Shown: positions 20,519 to 30,803 of the stretch, piece after piece
How positions within the stretch are numbered: the first letter of the stretch is position 1
How the letters are laid out: the number at the start of each line of letters is the position of its first letter
Assembly: GCA_034006265.1 (NCBI GenBank)
Contig: JAVETB010000002.1
Coordinates: 19,919-83,918, forward strand
DNA length: 64,000 nt
DNA from: Syntrophus sp. (in: bacteria)
Lineage (GTDB): Bacteria; Desulfobacterota; Syntrophia; Syntrophales; Syntrophaceae
Reading direction: 5' to 3'
The notes under the pieces: model-generated
Database searches by the model: none
Told to the model about the DNA's origin: nothing
Seen by the model: only the letters and a program-made list of their open reading frames with translations
Made by a program: the position numbers and the translations under genes

Positions 20519-20552
20519 GAAACGCAGTCCTCGCGAAGTGTGACTTTTTTCT

Positions 20553-20569
20553 CTGGAACATGTCTTGCT
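20553..20569 (+). promoter_or_regulatory. Sigma54 (-24/-12) promoter of lpxC
   Basis: CTGGAACATGTCTTGCT: GG-N10-GC, about 40 nt before the lpxC ATG. Confidence 0.7.
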
Positions 20570-20607
20570 TTATAGGGGTAGCGATCTATTACTGAAGGAC
20601 CCTATTT

Positions 20608-21540
20608 ATGAATTTTCAAAAAACTCTCAAAAATGAACTGACCTGCCAGAGTGTAGGGTTGCATACGGGCAGAAAAATCACCATGACCATCAGACCCGCG
20701 GCCTCTGATGAGGGCATTCTGCTGGTCCGCAGGGACAAGGACCGCTGCCATCGCATAAAGGTCTCCCTGGAAAACGTTACGGACACTACCCTGGCAACAA
20801 CCATCGGCACGAACGGCACAGCGGTTTCCACGGTTGAACACATCCTTTCGGCATTCAGCGGCATGGGCGTGGATAACGCAATTATCGAAGTTGACGGACC
20901 GGAAATTCCGATCATGGATGGCAGCGCCCTTCCATTTGTCGAAATGGTGAAGAAGGCCGGCACCTGCATGCAGGAGAAGTTAAGAAAATACCTGGTCGTA
21001 AAAAAACCCGTTCATGTATCGGAAGGGGAGAGTTACGCGATGTTTGTGCCCTCGGCCTCTTTCGAAATTACATACAGGATCAGGTTTGACCACCCCTCCA
21101 TCGGGGTTCAGTCCTATCATCTCATCGTATCGGACGAATCCTACGAACAGGAAATCTGCAATTCCCGGACTTTCGGGTTTTTAAAGGATGTGGAATACCT
21201 TCAGGCCAGGGGCCTGGCCCTCGGCGGTTCTCTCAAGAACGCCGTCATCCTGGACGAAACCAGAATCATCAATAAGGAGGGCCTGAGAGCCCCGGATGAA
21301 TTTGTCAAGCACAAGATCCTGGATGCGATCGGGGATCTCTCGCTGACAGGGATGCCCATTATGGGGCATTTTGTAGCCTACAAATCCGGCCACAAATTGA
21401 ATTCCATGCTGTTGAAGGCATTGTTCGAACAGAAGGAGAGCTGGACGACGGCGACGGCTGTCCATATCCAGGAGCCATACGAAGAGCTGAACGCCCTGGA
21501 TGCCCCTTCCTACAAAATGCTGAACGCCGTCCACGCGTAA
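20608..21540 (+). CDS. lpxC: UDP-3-O-acyl-N-acetylglucosamine deacetylase
   Basis: QKTL..VGLHTG, TVEHILSA, EIPIMDGSA, SRTFGF, HKILDAIGDL, KSGH. Confidence 0.97.
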   Translation: MNFQKTLKNELTCQSVGLHTGRKITMTIRPAASDEGILLVRRDKDRCHRIKVSLENVTDTTLATTIGTNGTAVSTVEHILSAFSGMGVDNAIIEVDGPEIPIMDGSALPFVEMVKKAGTCMQEKLRKYLVVKKPVHVSEGESYAMFVPSASFEITYRIRFDHPSIGVQSYHLIVSDESYEQEICNSRTFGFLKDVEYLQARGLALGGSLKNAVILDETRIINKEGLRAPDEFVKHKILDAIGDLSLTGMPIMGHFVAYKSGHKLNSMLLKALFEQKESWTTATAVHIQEPYEELNALDAPSYKMLNAVHA

Positions 21541-21554
21541 GGCATTGACCTGAC

Positions 21555-21578
21555 CTCTGCGGTGGAGACGCCGCAGAG
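21555..21578. terminator. Hairpin between convergent lpxC and rpoD
   Basis: CTCTGCGGTG-GAGA-CGCCGCAGAG, 10-bp stem with GNRA loop. Confidence 0.5.
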
Positions 21579-21724
21579 AACTTCCTCCCAGGATCTTACC
21601 ATCCCGATTCCACATCACCGCCCACACCCATGGCGGCATCGCAGGCTCCGCCGCATTGGGGGGCGGCATGGCCGCACCCACTCTGCCCGCGTCGCCCCGC
21701 CGTCATCTTCGCCCGGCAACGGGA

Positions 21725-23470
21725 TTACAGCTGCTTGTTCAACCGCCGCCGGGATGGGTTTCTCAGCTTACGGATGACATTGATCTCGATGGGATCGGGA
21801 ATCTCCTCCTCGCTTTCCCCCTCCTCCAGCTCTTCGTCACCGTAATCCATTCTCTCGCTGATTCCGAAACGCATCCGGAGAACCTTTTCTTCCCGGGGGG
21901 TGAGTGTCGACAAGATCTTTCTTGTCTGCTCTGCCAAGTCCATGCTGATTGTTGCTTCTGAAGGCGACATGATCTTCTTGTCCTCAATGAAATCGCCCAG
22001 ATGGCTGTCCTCCTCTTCCCCGATGGGCGTTTCCAGCGAGATAGGCTCTTTGGCGATTTTCAGAACCTTTCTCACCTTTTCCAGGGGATACTCCATCTTG
22101 TTGGCAATCTCGTCGGGACTCGGCTCCCGACCCAGCTCCTGCACCAGATAACGCGAAGTGCGGATCAGCTTGTTGATGGTCTCAATCATGTGCACGGGAA
22201 TCCGGATGGTTCGGGCCTGGTCGGCAATCGCCCGGGTGATCGCCTGCCGGATCCACCAGGTTGCATAGGTTGAAAATTTATATCCCCGCTGATATTCAAA
22301 CTTATCCACGGCCTTCATCAACCCGATATTGCCTTCCTGGATCAGGTCGAGAAACTGCAGGCCACGGTTCGTATATTTCTTCGCGATACTGACCACTAGG
22401 CGCAGATTGGCTTCAACGAGCTTCCGCTTGGCCTCCTCGGCCTTTTTTTCGCCGTTCTCGATGTTGAAGAGTATTTTTTTGAAAGCGGTGGTGGAGTAGC
22501 CTGTCTCTCTCGAAATATTCTTGAGCTTTCGATTGGCCTCCCGGATCACGGAATCCGCAGCTTGCAGCTTATCCAGCGTAATGCCGTACTCGCCGCAGAC
22601 AACCCGCTCCCCCTCCGGCTCCTTCTTCAGCCGGGCGCAGGCCTTTTCGATCTGCGTGAGAGAAAGGCCTGTTTCATCTTTGCACCTCTGGATATCCTCC
22701 TCGGCCTTTTCCAGTTCGGAAAGGTAGACCTTGATATTGGAAATGAGCTTGTCGATCTGTTTTTTCCCGAACCGGACTTTCCGGCAAACCTTGGTAATGG
22801 CTTTCTTGTTCTTTTCCAGCTGGATTCTTAAGGCCTTTCTCTCCTCCTCGCCGATGTCCTTCGCCTTGAGCTTCTGAAGAATGACTTCGTTCTTGCCGTC
22901 CAGCATGGCGACTTTGTCGAGCAGCCTTATAACACGCTCCCGCTGGGTATCCTCCTCGACATAGCCGTCTTCATCCTCGAGATTATCAATGACATTCTTG
23001 ATGCGGATCTCATCCGTTTTCAGCTTTTTCCCGATATCAACGACGTCCTTTACGGAGGCCTTGACACCGAAGACAGCCCCCATGGCCTCGGAAGCGCCCT
23101 CTTCAATAATCTTGGCAATCTCCACCTCACCCTCGCGGCTCAGCAGTGACACGTAACCCATCTCGCGCAGATACATCTTCACCGGGTCGCCCGTTTTGCC
23201 CACGACGGACATCATATCGATGCTTTCGCCTTCCTTTGCCGCGGGTTCGTGCTCTTCGACGGGGCTCTTCACCAGGATCTTTTCACCCTTTTCCGTATCG
23301 ATGATATCGATGTTCTTTTCTCCAAACAGCATGATGATATCGTCGATCTGATCTGAAGACGTGACGTCGGACGGCAAAAGGTCGTTCACATCGTCATACG
23401 TCAGGAATCCCTTTTCCTCGCCCAGCGAGATCAACTTTTTAAAGTCTTCTGATTGTATATCTTTTCCCAT
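21725..23470 (-). CDS. rpoD: Group 1 RNA polymerase sigma factor RpoD with atypical region 4.2
   Basis: Region 1.1 ([10 protein letters not shown]), 1.2 [14 protein letters not shown], 2 ([25 protein letters not shown]), 3, 4.1 intact; follows dnaG; TRERIRQ replaced by [12 protein letters not shown]. Confidence 0.95.
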   Translation of the reverse strand: MGKDIQSEDFKKLISLGEEKGFLTYDDVNDLLPSDVTSSDQIDDIIMLFGEKNIDIIDTEKGEKILVKSPVEEHEPAAKEGESIDMMSVVGKTGDPVKMYLREMGYVSLLSREGEVEIAKIIEEGASEAMGAVFGVKASVKDVVDIGKKLKTDEIRIKNVIDNLEDEDGYVEEDTQRERVIRLLDKVAMLDGKNEVILQKLKAKDIGEEERKALRIQLEKNKKAITKVCRKVRFGKKQIDKLISNIKVYLSELEKAEEDIQRCKDETGLSLTQIEKACARLKKEPEGERVVCGEYGITLDKLQAADSVIREANRKLKNISRETGYSTTAFKKILFNIENGEKKAEEAKRKLVEANLRLVVSIAKKYTNRGLQFLDLIQEGNIGLMKAVDKFEYQRGYKFSTYATWWIRQAITRAIADQARTIRIPVHMIETINKLIRTSRYLVQELGREPSPDEIANKMEYPLEKVRKVLKIAKEPISLETPIGEEEDSHLGDFIEDKKIMSPSEATISMDLAEQTRKILSTLTPREEKVLRMRFGISERMDYGDEELEEGESEEEIPDPIEINVIRKLRNPSRRRLNKQL

Positions 23471-23522
23471 AACGGTCACTCCATGAATTCGGTGAATTAT
23501 CAGGACAAAAGCCGGGAAAGGC

Positions 23523-25304
23523 CTACAGATCCTTTTCTTCCCTCATTAATCGCTCTTTTTCCATTAAAAGTTTTCGGCCAAGATCTGAATCTCCGGAGGA
23601 TTGAGCAGCCGACAGACGTTCCGTCAGGCTTTTATGCCGCTCCTTGTACCAGCGCCTCTTCACCTGCCGGATCATGTCGAAGGAGAGCGACCCCAGGCTC
23701 TCCTTCAAAAAGGGGCTTTCCTGGATCAGCAATTTCACCAATGCCTCCGAACGTTCGGAAGGCTCCAGCCCCTGGAGAAAGGAAAGGGCGCTTTCGGGAG
23801 CCGGGTTTGCCTCCCCGGATACGTAGCGGCCCCAAGCCTCTCCGATGGACTTCAGTTCGCGATCCAGAAAATAGTTCATTGCATGTGCCTCAACGACGGA
23901 AGGAACAACCGTCGGACATTCCATCATCAGATGAATAAGATTGACTTCCGGTCCGGTCACTCTGTTCTCAGGCGGCCGGGAAGGTGGGGCTTCCTTGCTT
24001 CGTTTTGGAGAAAGCCGCCCATACACTTCTTTTTTCAGGATGTCCTGATCAATGCCCAGCTTCTCCGACACCCGCTTGATAAAGAGATTCCGGTCGATGA
24101 TATCCTCGATCCCGGTTATGAACGCGGCCGCCCGGACAGCAGCTTCACCCCGCTCCTCGAAGGTCGCTCCTCCCCCAATGACGGAGTCGATATAGTAATC
24201 AACGATCGAGGGCGCTTCGTCCACTCTCCGTTCCAGAGCCTCTCCGCCGAAACGGCGGACAAAATCGTCGGGGTCCAGCCCTTCAGGGAGAATGACGGCC
24301 CTCGCATCCATGTGCGCCGCAACGAACAGCTCCACGCTTCTTGCCAGCGCCTTCTTTCCCGCCTCGTCTGAATCGAAGAGAACGGCGGCCCCCTCGGCAT
24401 AACGCTTGATCAAGACGACATGGTCCCTGGTCAGGGCCGTACCCAGCGTCGCCACGACATTCCTGATTCCCGCATCCCAGAGAGCGATCAGATCAAAATA
24501 TCCTTCTACGAAGATTCCATAACCCTTCTCTCGTATGGCGTCTCTTGACGAATTCAATCCGTAAAGCTGCCTCCCTTTGCTGTACGCAGCCGATTCCGGC
24601 GAGTTCAGGTACTTCGGCTCGCCGTCCCCCAGGATTCTGCCCCCAAAGGCGATGATCCTTCCTTCCACGTCCTTGACGGGAAACATAAGCCGGTGACGGA
24701 AGCGATCATACTGGACGTCCGGCCGGTCTTCCTTGACCACAATGAGGCCGGCTTCAGCGGCCATTTTTAATGAAACCTTCTGCTGTTCGAGATGGCTCTT
24801 CAAGTGTCGCCAGCCATCGGAAGCATATCCCAGGCCAAATTCCTTTATGGTGGACTCTTTCAGCCCCCGTTCCTTCAAATAGCACAGCGCAGCCTTCCCG
24901 CCGTGGGATAACAGATTGGCTGTAAAATAGGCTGCTGCAATGTGATTGATTTGGATGATCTGCTCTCTGGCATTGGGTGAATGTTTTCCCCCTCGAAGAA
25001 AAGGAGAAGCAGGAAGAGCGACCCCCGCCCTGTCCGCCAGCAGCTTCAAGGCCTCTGGAAAGGTCGCGTTGTTCAGGCGCATCAAAAAGGCGAAAATATC
25101 GCCCTTTTCTCCGCAGCCGAAACAATAGAACATCTGTTTTTCACGATTCACCGTGAAAGACGGGGTCTTTTCGTTGTGAAAAGGGCACAGCCCCAGAAAA
25201 TTCCTCCCGGCTTTTTTAAGGGAGACATACTCCGATATCAGTTCGACGATATCCAGCCTGCTTTTGATTTCCGCTACCTTGTCCCCGGGCTGAACTCCTT
25301 TCAC
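23523..25304 (-). CDS. dnaG: DNA primase
   Basis: CPFH..CFGC zinc finger, FGGR, KYLNSPE, EGYFD, FDSDEAG, DPDD. Confidence 0.97.
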   Translation of the reverse strand: MKGVQPGDKVAEIKSRLDIVELISEYVSLKKAGRNFLGLCPFHNEKTPSFTVNREKQMFYCFGCGEKGDIFAFLMRLNNATFPEALKLLADRAGVALPASPFLRGGKHSPNAREQIIQINHIAAAYFTANLLSHGGKAALCYLKERGLKESTIKEFGLGYASDGWRHLKSHLEQQKVSLKMAAEAGLIVVKEDRPDVQYDRFRHRLMFPVKDVEGRIIAFGGRILGDGEPKYLNSPESAAYSKGRQLYGLNSSRDAIREKGYGIFVEGYFDLIALWDAGIRNVVATLGTALTRDHVVLIKRYAEGAAVLFDSDEAGKKALARSVELFVAAHMDARAVILPEGLDPDDFVRRFGGEALERRVDEAPSIVDYYIDSVIGGGATFEERGEAAVRAAAFITGIEDIIDRNLFIKRVSEKLGIDQDILKKEVYGRLSPKRSKEAPPSRPPENRVTGPEVNLIHLMMECPTVVPSVVEAHAMNYFLDRELKSIGEAWGRYVSGEANPAPESALSFLQGLEPSERSEALVKLLIQESPFLKESLGSLSFDMIRQVKRRWYKERHKSLTERLSAAQSSGDSDLGRKLLMEKERLMREEKDL

Positions 25305-25330
25305 TTTGCCACTCCGTCACGGCCGCACAA

Positions 25331-25780
25331 TCACGAACCGGAAAGCCTCGACTTCAACCGCTCGTTGACCGCCTTGCCGTCCGCCTTTCCCGTCACTTTG
25401 GGCATCAGGACTTTCATGACCTTCCCCATATCCCTGATGCTGGCCGCCTGGACCTCCTGGATGGCCTTTTCAATCTCGGCATCCAGCTCCTCTTCCGAGA
25501 GCTGCTGGGGCATGAATGCCTGTATCATCTCCAATTCCCGGGATTCCTTCTGAACGAGATCCTCCCTTCCACCGAGCTTGAATTGTTCGATGGAATCCCT
25601 TCTCTGCTTGGCCATCGATGAGAGCAGCTGCAGGACTTCCGTTTCGTTCAGCTCCCTGTGCAAGTCTATTTCCCTGTTGTGCAGGGCGGCCTTCATGAGA
25701 CGCAGCGTCGAAAGACGCGCCTTGTCCTGCTGCTTCGCCGCCTTCATCAACTCTGTTTCCACGATTTCCTTGAAGCTCAT
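25331..25780 (-). CDS. yqeY: GatB/YqeY domain protein
   Basis: KQRRDSIEQF..GGREDL, PQQLSEEE, DMGKVM..GKADG. Confidence 0.93.
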   Translation of the reverse strand: MSFKEIVETELMKAAKQQDKARLSTLRLMKAALHNREIDLHRELNETEVLQLLSSMAKQRRDSIEQFKLGGREDLVQKESRELEMIQAFMPQQLSEEELDAEIEKAIQEVQAASIRDMGKVMKVLMPKVTGKADGKAVNERLKSRLSGS

Positions 25781-26061
25781 TGTTTCTCCCTTTTTCCGTT
25801 CTCTGTTCCGCCATCCCGGGATTTTCCCCTTTTAATCAGGATGAGGATTATTCAAAAGTAAAACAACACACAAGGGCGGACTTGCGTGCTGGAGATTAAA
25901 CGAGGAGTCTCTCTTTGAAAGAAAAGGATCTGTGGCTGCGCCCCTCTGCGGATTTCGAAATCACCATGCCATGAAAGAGCCTGACCTTCACATTAGGAAG
26001 CGGCCAATCCGCGGAGCAGCCAGCCGCGCAGGAATACATCTGAGAATCAATATCGAAGCTA

Positions 26062-26089
26062 AATTTAATTACTTCTGAAGACTTGTCAA
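26062..26089 (-). promoter_or_regulatory. Sigma70-type promoter for yqeY-dnaG-rpoD
   Basis: Minus strand TTGACA-N16-TAAATT just downstream of the HIT stop. Confidence 0.6.
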
Positions 26090-26098
26090 CGTCTTTAT

Positions 26099-26446
26099 TT
26101 ATCCAACTTCATCCCTGAGTTTGCGCCCCCCCAGCACGTGCATATGAAGATGGAAAATGACCTGGCCGCCCTCCGCGTTACAGTTGATGACAACTCGGAA
26201 CCCCTTTTCATCAATGGATTTGAGCTTGGCGACTTTCTGGGCTGCGGCCATCAAATTCATGAGATCCGCCATGGAATCGGAGGAAACATCCATCAACGTG
26301 GAGATGTGGCGCTTGGGGATCACAATGACGTGCACCGGCGCCATGGGGTGAATGTCATCAAAGGCCAGTACGGAATCATCCTCATAAACTCTGGAGCAGG
26401 GAATCTCTCCTCGAATGATCTTGCAGAACAGGCAGTCTTCCGACAT
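26099..26446 (-). CDS. Histidine triad nucleotide-binding protein (HinT-like)
   Basis: CLFCKII, GGQVIFHLHMHVLGG. Confidence 0.95.
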   Translation of the reverse strand: MSEDCLFCKIIRGEIPCSRVYEDDSVLAFDDIHPMAPVHVIVIPKRHISTLMDVSSDSMADLMNLMAAAQKVAKLKSIDEKGFRVVINCNAEGGQVIFHLHMHVLGGRKLRDEVG

Positions 26447-26651
26447 GGTGCGCTCTCCTTCTTTTATAAAACATTCCGGTGGATTTCAGGTTTACGGTCT
26501 CTTCCTTTCCCGCCGTTTTCCTCTTCCGCCCGCTTCAGAGCCAGGGGGGTCAAGCCGGGCAGATGGAGGCAATGCAGGTTCATTTCGGGCGCGGTCCGGA
26601 AAATGGAAGGGGCTGCCGGAGGAAGGGACACGCTGATCGCACCCCGGGCTT

Positions 26652-27380
26652 TCAGACCTGCTTCGTCAGGCGGATCGCCTCTTCAAGGGAAATGGCGCCT
26701 GAATAGAGGGCCTTGCCGACAATAACGCCCGAAATGCCCGCCTCTTCCAGGGGAAGGAGCTTTTTGATGTCTTCGAGGGTCGCGACTCCACCAGAGGCGA
26801 TCACCGGGATTTCAATCTCTTCGGCCAGGCTTTTCGTAGCATCCACGTTTACCCCGGTCTGCATCCCGTCCCTGCTGATATCGGTGTAGACCACGGCGGC
26901 CACGCCGCGGTTTTCGTAGGACTTTGCCAGCTCCGAAGCCGTCATTTCACTTTGCTCCGTCCAGCCCTCGACGGCAACCTTCCCGTTGGCCGCATCGATG
27001 CCGAGGATGATGCGCCCCGGGAACATTTCACAGGCTTTATACACAAGCACACGATCCTTGAGGGCGGCCGTTCCCAGAATCACCCACTGCACCCCCATAT
27101 CCAGGTAGCTCTTTGCGGTCGCCAGGTCTCGGATTCCGCCTCCGATTTCCACGGGGAGGGAGACCTCCCTGACGATTTGACGGATGATCCTGGCATTGAC
27201 CGGTGCGCCTGCAACCGATCCGTCGAGGTCCACCAGGTGCAGGCGTTCGGCACCTTTCTCGCGCCACAACCGCGCCATCTCCGCAGGGTGGTCGGAGTAT
27301 ACCGTGACTCGGTTAAAGTCTCCCTGAAGGAGCCGTACGCATTTTCCATCCTTCAGATCTATTGCAGGAATAATAACCAC
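26652..27380 (-). CDS. hisA: ProFAR isomerase
   Basis: IPAIDLKDGKCVRL, HLVDLDG, GGGIR, TDISRDG, IASGGV. Confidence 0.97.
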   Translation of the reverse strand: MVIIPAIDLKDGKCVRLLQGDFNRVTVYSDHPAEMARLWREKGAERLHLVDLDGSVAGAPVNARIIRQIVREVSLPVEIGGGIRDLATAKSYLDMGVQWVILGTAALKDRVLVYKACEMFPGRIILGIDAANGKVAVEGWTEQSEMTASELAKSYENRGVAAVVYTDISRDGMQTGVNVDATKSLAEEIEIPVIASGGVATLEDIKKLLPLEEAGISGVIVGKALYSGAISLEEAIRLTKQV

Positions 27381-27492
27381 TTCGGAAAGCCCTCTCAGAA
27401 ATTAACGGATTCGACACGGCCGGGCCTTGACGCCCTTTGGAGGACCCTTCAACCAGGCCCGCTGGAAAATGCCGACTTGGAGACAGAAGCCG

Positions 27493-28203
27493 CTAGTGCG
27501 CACATGGAAAGGTCTCAAGCATTCCCGCCGCACCTTCGTCCGTGAGCTCCCTGGCTGTCAGCCAGCGGCCCCGCTCCTTGTAAAAGGCAAAAAGCTGGAA
27601 GATGTTTTCCATCAGCGACGTCTGAGTTTTGTCAAACTTGCCCCTCCAGATCAGTGAGCCGTCGCGGACATCGATGAGATGCAGGGCAAAGGCGACCGAG
27701 GCGGCCTGATCCGTCCCGTAAGCGTAACCTTTGCGCTCCCGGAAACGATAGACATGGCCATACAGGATCGCATCCGCGCCCAGCTCCCGCCCGACCTTGC
27801 CCAGGGAGGCCTTCAGGGAATCCTTCAGGAAATTCGAGGAAATCCGCTGGTATACCCCCTGAGCTCTCTCCGGCGGAACGATTTCGAATTTTCCCGTCTT
27901 CTCAAGCCGCGACAGGACAACTTCCTCCACGACCCTTTCGGCCTGAGGCTCGACACTGCCGAGAGTCACAACGGCGCCGCAAACCTCGCAACGCACCGTA
28001 TTGTCCACGGCTTCATCCGAATCGAGCTTCTGGATGGGGAAAACGGCGATGCGATGAACCTTGATCGGCTCATCCTTCGCATAGGTTTTCGTTGAAAGAT
28101 TGTGCTGAGCGCAACCGATGAGAAATACAGACAGGATGACAGCGACCAGGAGGCAGGCAGCCGCAGGTCTCCTTGCTTTCAATAGGATAAATAAAGTCCC
28201 CAT
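27493..28203 (-). CDS. Putative lipoprotein (CsgG/LpoB-like fold suspected)
   Basis: Lipobox LIGC; IAVFP, GRELGADAILYG, LIDVRDGSLIW patterns; CEVC insert. Confidence 0.75.
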   Translation of the reverse strand: MGTLFILLKARRPAAACLLVAVILSVFLIGCAQHNLSTKTYAKDEPIKVHRIAVFPIQKLDSDEAVDNTVRCEVCGAVVTLGSVEPQAERVVEEVVLSRLEKTGKFEIVPPERAQGVYQRISSNFLKDSLKASLGKVGRELGADAILYGHVYRFRERKGYAYGTDQAASVAFALHLIDVRDGSLIWRGKFDKTQTSLMENIFQLFAFYKERGRWLTARELTDEGAAGMLETFPCAH

Positions 28204-28234
28204 TTCCTCTCCCCGTGACGGCATAAATGTTACC

Positions 28235-28828
28235 TTACAAGCAGCCTTTTGTGGATAGCACACCGGAAATCCTGCTGTCGGTGGTTACGGCCATGCTCAA
28301 TGCACGGGCAAAGGCCTTGAAGATGGCTTCTGTAATGTGATGGTTATTTTCACCATAAAATACATTGATATGCAAGGTGATTCCACTATGATCTGAAAAA
28401 GACTTGAAAAATTCCTTGATCAGCTGAAGGTCGAACCCCCCTGCCCTTGCACCAGGAGAAAATTCGACGCGGTACACTAGGTAAGGCCTTCCCGAAACAT
28501 CCACGGTCACGGAGCACAAGGTCTCGTCCATCGGTACGGTCGCTGTTCCATAACGGGTCATGCCGGTTTTGTCGCCCACGGCATCCTTCAATGCCTGCCC
28601 CAGGCAGATGCCCATGTCTTCCACAAGGTGGTGGTCATCGATCTCGGTATCCCCCCGACCCTTGATCGTCAGATCAAAAAGCCCATGCCGGGCGAAGAGG
28701 GTCAGCATATGATCGAAAAATGGGACCGAGGTGTCGATGGCGCCCCGGGCGCTGCCGTCGAGATTGATTTCCACAGAAATGTCGGTCTCCGAGGTGCTTC
28801 TTTGAACCCTAGCCTGTCTTGCTGTCAT
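28235..28828 (-). CDS. hisB: Imidazoleglycerol-phosphate dehydratase
   Basis: FFDHML, DDHHLVED, PMDE, NNHHITEAIFKA, STKG. Confidence 0.97.
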   Translation of the reverse strand: MTARQARVQRSTSETDISVEINLDGSARGAIDTSVPFFDHMLTLFARHGLFDLTIKGRGDTEIDDHHLVEDMGICLGQALKDAVGDKTGMTRYGTATVPMDETLCSVTVDVSGRPYLVYRVEFSPGARAGGFDLQLIKEFFKSFSDHSGITLHINVFYGENNHHITEAIFKAFARALSMAVTTDSRISGVLSTKGCL

Positions 28829-28894
28829 TGCTCCCGTCAACACTCCTTTCCCGTCCTTGCCCGTTCGTCTCCGGCCTGTCCGTTCCCGCTGCCC

Positions 28895-29767
28895 TCAAAT
28901 GACCTTGTCCAGGGGATACTCGATGATCCCTTCGGCCCCGCCCTCCTGGAGCAGGGGGATCAGGTCCCTGACGGACTTCGCATCAAGGATCGTTTCCACC
29001 GCGAGCCAGTCGGTGGAATACAGGTTGGAAATCGTCGGAGCCCTCAGTGAGGGGAGCAGCTGAATCACCCGGTCCAGGTTCTGCCTGGGCACGTTCATTT
29101 TGATTCCCACCTTTCCCACGGCTTGAAGGGAACCGTTCAGAAGAGTCCGGATCTGCTCAATCTTCTGCCGCTTCCAGGGATCATTCCAGGCCGCCTCATT
29201 GGTGATTAAAACCGTGTTGGTCCGCATCAGTTCATGGATGATTTTAAGGTTGTTTGCTCGAATCGTGCTACCCGTCTCGGTGACTTCCACGACGGCATCC
29301 ACCAGGCCTTCAACGACCTTGGCCTCCGTCGCCCCCCAGGAAAACTCGACGTGAACATGGATGTTCCTCTCCTTGAAGTACCGCTCCGTAAAGCAGCGCA
29401 GCTCCGTTGCAATCCGCTTTCCTTCGAGATCCTCTATCCTGGTGATCGGAGAGTCCTCCCGGACAACGAGGACCCACCGGGCCTGCTTGGCCGATGTCTT
29501 TGAGTAGACCAGGTCCTGTATCTCCACGACATTCGAACCGTTTTCGATAATCCAGTCCTTTCCCGTCAACCCCATGTCCAGCGTGCCGTCTTCCACGTAT
29601 CTGGACATTTCCTGGGCCCTGACCAGGGTGCAGGAAAGCTCCTCGTCGTCGACATCGGGAAAGTAGCTTCTACTGTCATAGGTGATGTGCCACCCGGCCC
29701 TTCTGAAAAGATCGACGGTTTTCGCTTCAAGGCTCCCCTTGGGTATCCCCAGCTTCAACTTATTCAT
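28895..29767 (-). CDS. hisG: ATP phosphoribosyltransferase (long form)
   Basis: [28 protein letters not shown]-terminal regulatory domain. Confidence 0.96.
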   Translation of the reverse strand: MNKLKLGIPKGSLEAKTVDLFRRAGWHITYDSRSYFPDVDDEELSCTLVRAQEMSRYVEDGTLDMGLTGKDWIIENGSNVVEIQDLVYSKTSAKQARWVLVVREDSPITRIEDLEGKRIATELRCFTERYFKERNIHVHVEFSWGATEAKVVEGLVDAVVEVTETGSTIRANNLKIIHELMRTNTVLITNEAAWNDPWKRQKIEQIRTLLNGSLQAVGKVGIKMNVPRQNLDRVIQLLPSLRAPTISNLYSTDWLAVETILDAKSVRDLIPLLQEGGAEGIIEYPLDKVI

Positions 29768-30135
29768 TTATAGACGTCCTCCGGATCTACCAGTCTTTCG
29801 CCGACAATTTCGACGCCCCCGGCGGTGATCTTCCTGTAGAAACAGGAGCGGTACCCCGTATGACAGGCCGCGCCGGTCTGCTCAACCTTCAGAAGAACCG
29901 TATCCTCATCGCAGTCGATCCGAATCTCCCTGACCGACTGAAAATGCCCCGACGTCTCACCCTTGATCCAGAGGCTGTTTCTGGAGCGGCTCCAATAGGA
30001 TGCTTTTCCTGTCTCCAGAGTGTTAAGCCAGGCTTCACGATTCATGTACGCAAGCATCAGCACTTCGCCGGTGTCGTAATCCTGGACGATTGCAGGTATC
30101 AATCCGTTTCCTTTTTCAAAATTCGGCTCCAACAT
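29764..30135 (-). CDS. hisI: Phosphoribosyl-AMP cyclohydrolase
   Basis: [33 protein letters not shown]. Confidence 0.96.
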   Translation of the reverse strand: MLEPNFEKGNGLIPAIVQDYDTGEVLMLAYMNREAWLNTLETGKASYWSRSRNSLWIKGETSGHFQSVREIRIDCDEDTVLLKVEQTGAACHTGYRSCFYRKITAGGVEIVGERLVDPEDVYK

Positions 30136-30351
30136 CCTGTTTCTCCTCGCTGAATATCACCCTACACAAATGCGGTTTTAGTAAAACTCATATATTATCA
30201 AAGCAGGAAATGCTAATTTAAAAACCCCTGATTATCAAGCTTTTTTTCCATTTCCCCTCTGATTTCTCTTGACTTTTTAGAGCAACCTATCTCAGAACAG
30301 ATCATGCGGCACAGTGCTCAGGGGCCGCCTTGTCCGTTGATAACATTTGCT

Positions 30352-30381
30352 TTGAATTCTCGGTGCTGTTTTATTTATAAT
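30352..30381 (+). promoter_or_regulatory. Sigma70-type promoter
   Basis: TTGAAT-N18-TATAAT upstream of 30417. Confidence 0.5.
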
Positions 30382-30416
30382 GAGCCATCACATTATTTAA
30401 AGGGAGGTAAGCGACG

Positions 30417-30725
30417 ATGTCACTATTGACCGGAGGCGCAATTTCGACGTTTCTTGGGTTGCTTGGGCTGATCTTCTGGTGGTCTGATTTCGTGGCGCTC
30501 TTGAAAGGGGCCATCCCCATATTCCTGATCCTGGGAGGTGTCCTGGCCGTCTATATCGGTTTCGATGACATCCAGGACAAATTGAACCGCGAGCGGCAGA
30601 AGCAGGATGAAGAGCTGGCAAGGGCGCGGGAGGAAATCGAGGCCGTAAAGGCCCAGACCAATCTGTACCGTGAAGAGCTGGACAGGTTGAGGGAAGGGGC
30701 TTCGAAGACATCCGCCGGGGAGTGA
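30417..30725 (+). CDS. Small two-TM protein with coiled-coil tail, MamI-like N-terminus
   Basis: GGAGG SD; LGLLGLIFWW...LKGAIP..LI.GG..A...G hairpin followed by a charged heptad-like tail. Confidence 0.8.
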   Translation: MSLLTGGAISTFLGLLGLIFWWSDFVALLKGAIPIFLILGGVLAVYIGFDDIQDKLNRERQKQDEELARAREEIEAVKAQTNLYREELDRLREGASKTSAGE

Positions 30726-30803
30726 TCCTTTTCCAGAAAACTCAGCCGCCATGACCTGTCCCGTCAACGAAAGACATTCTTTTTCCTTACCGCCGTCTGA
30801 AAT

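Noticed and set aside
21541-21850. Frameshift or alternative cassette restoring RpoD TRERIRQ
   Set aside because: Neither alternative minus-strand frame nor the downstream intergenic DNA encodes it
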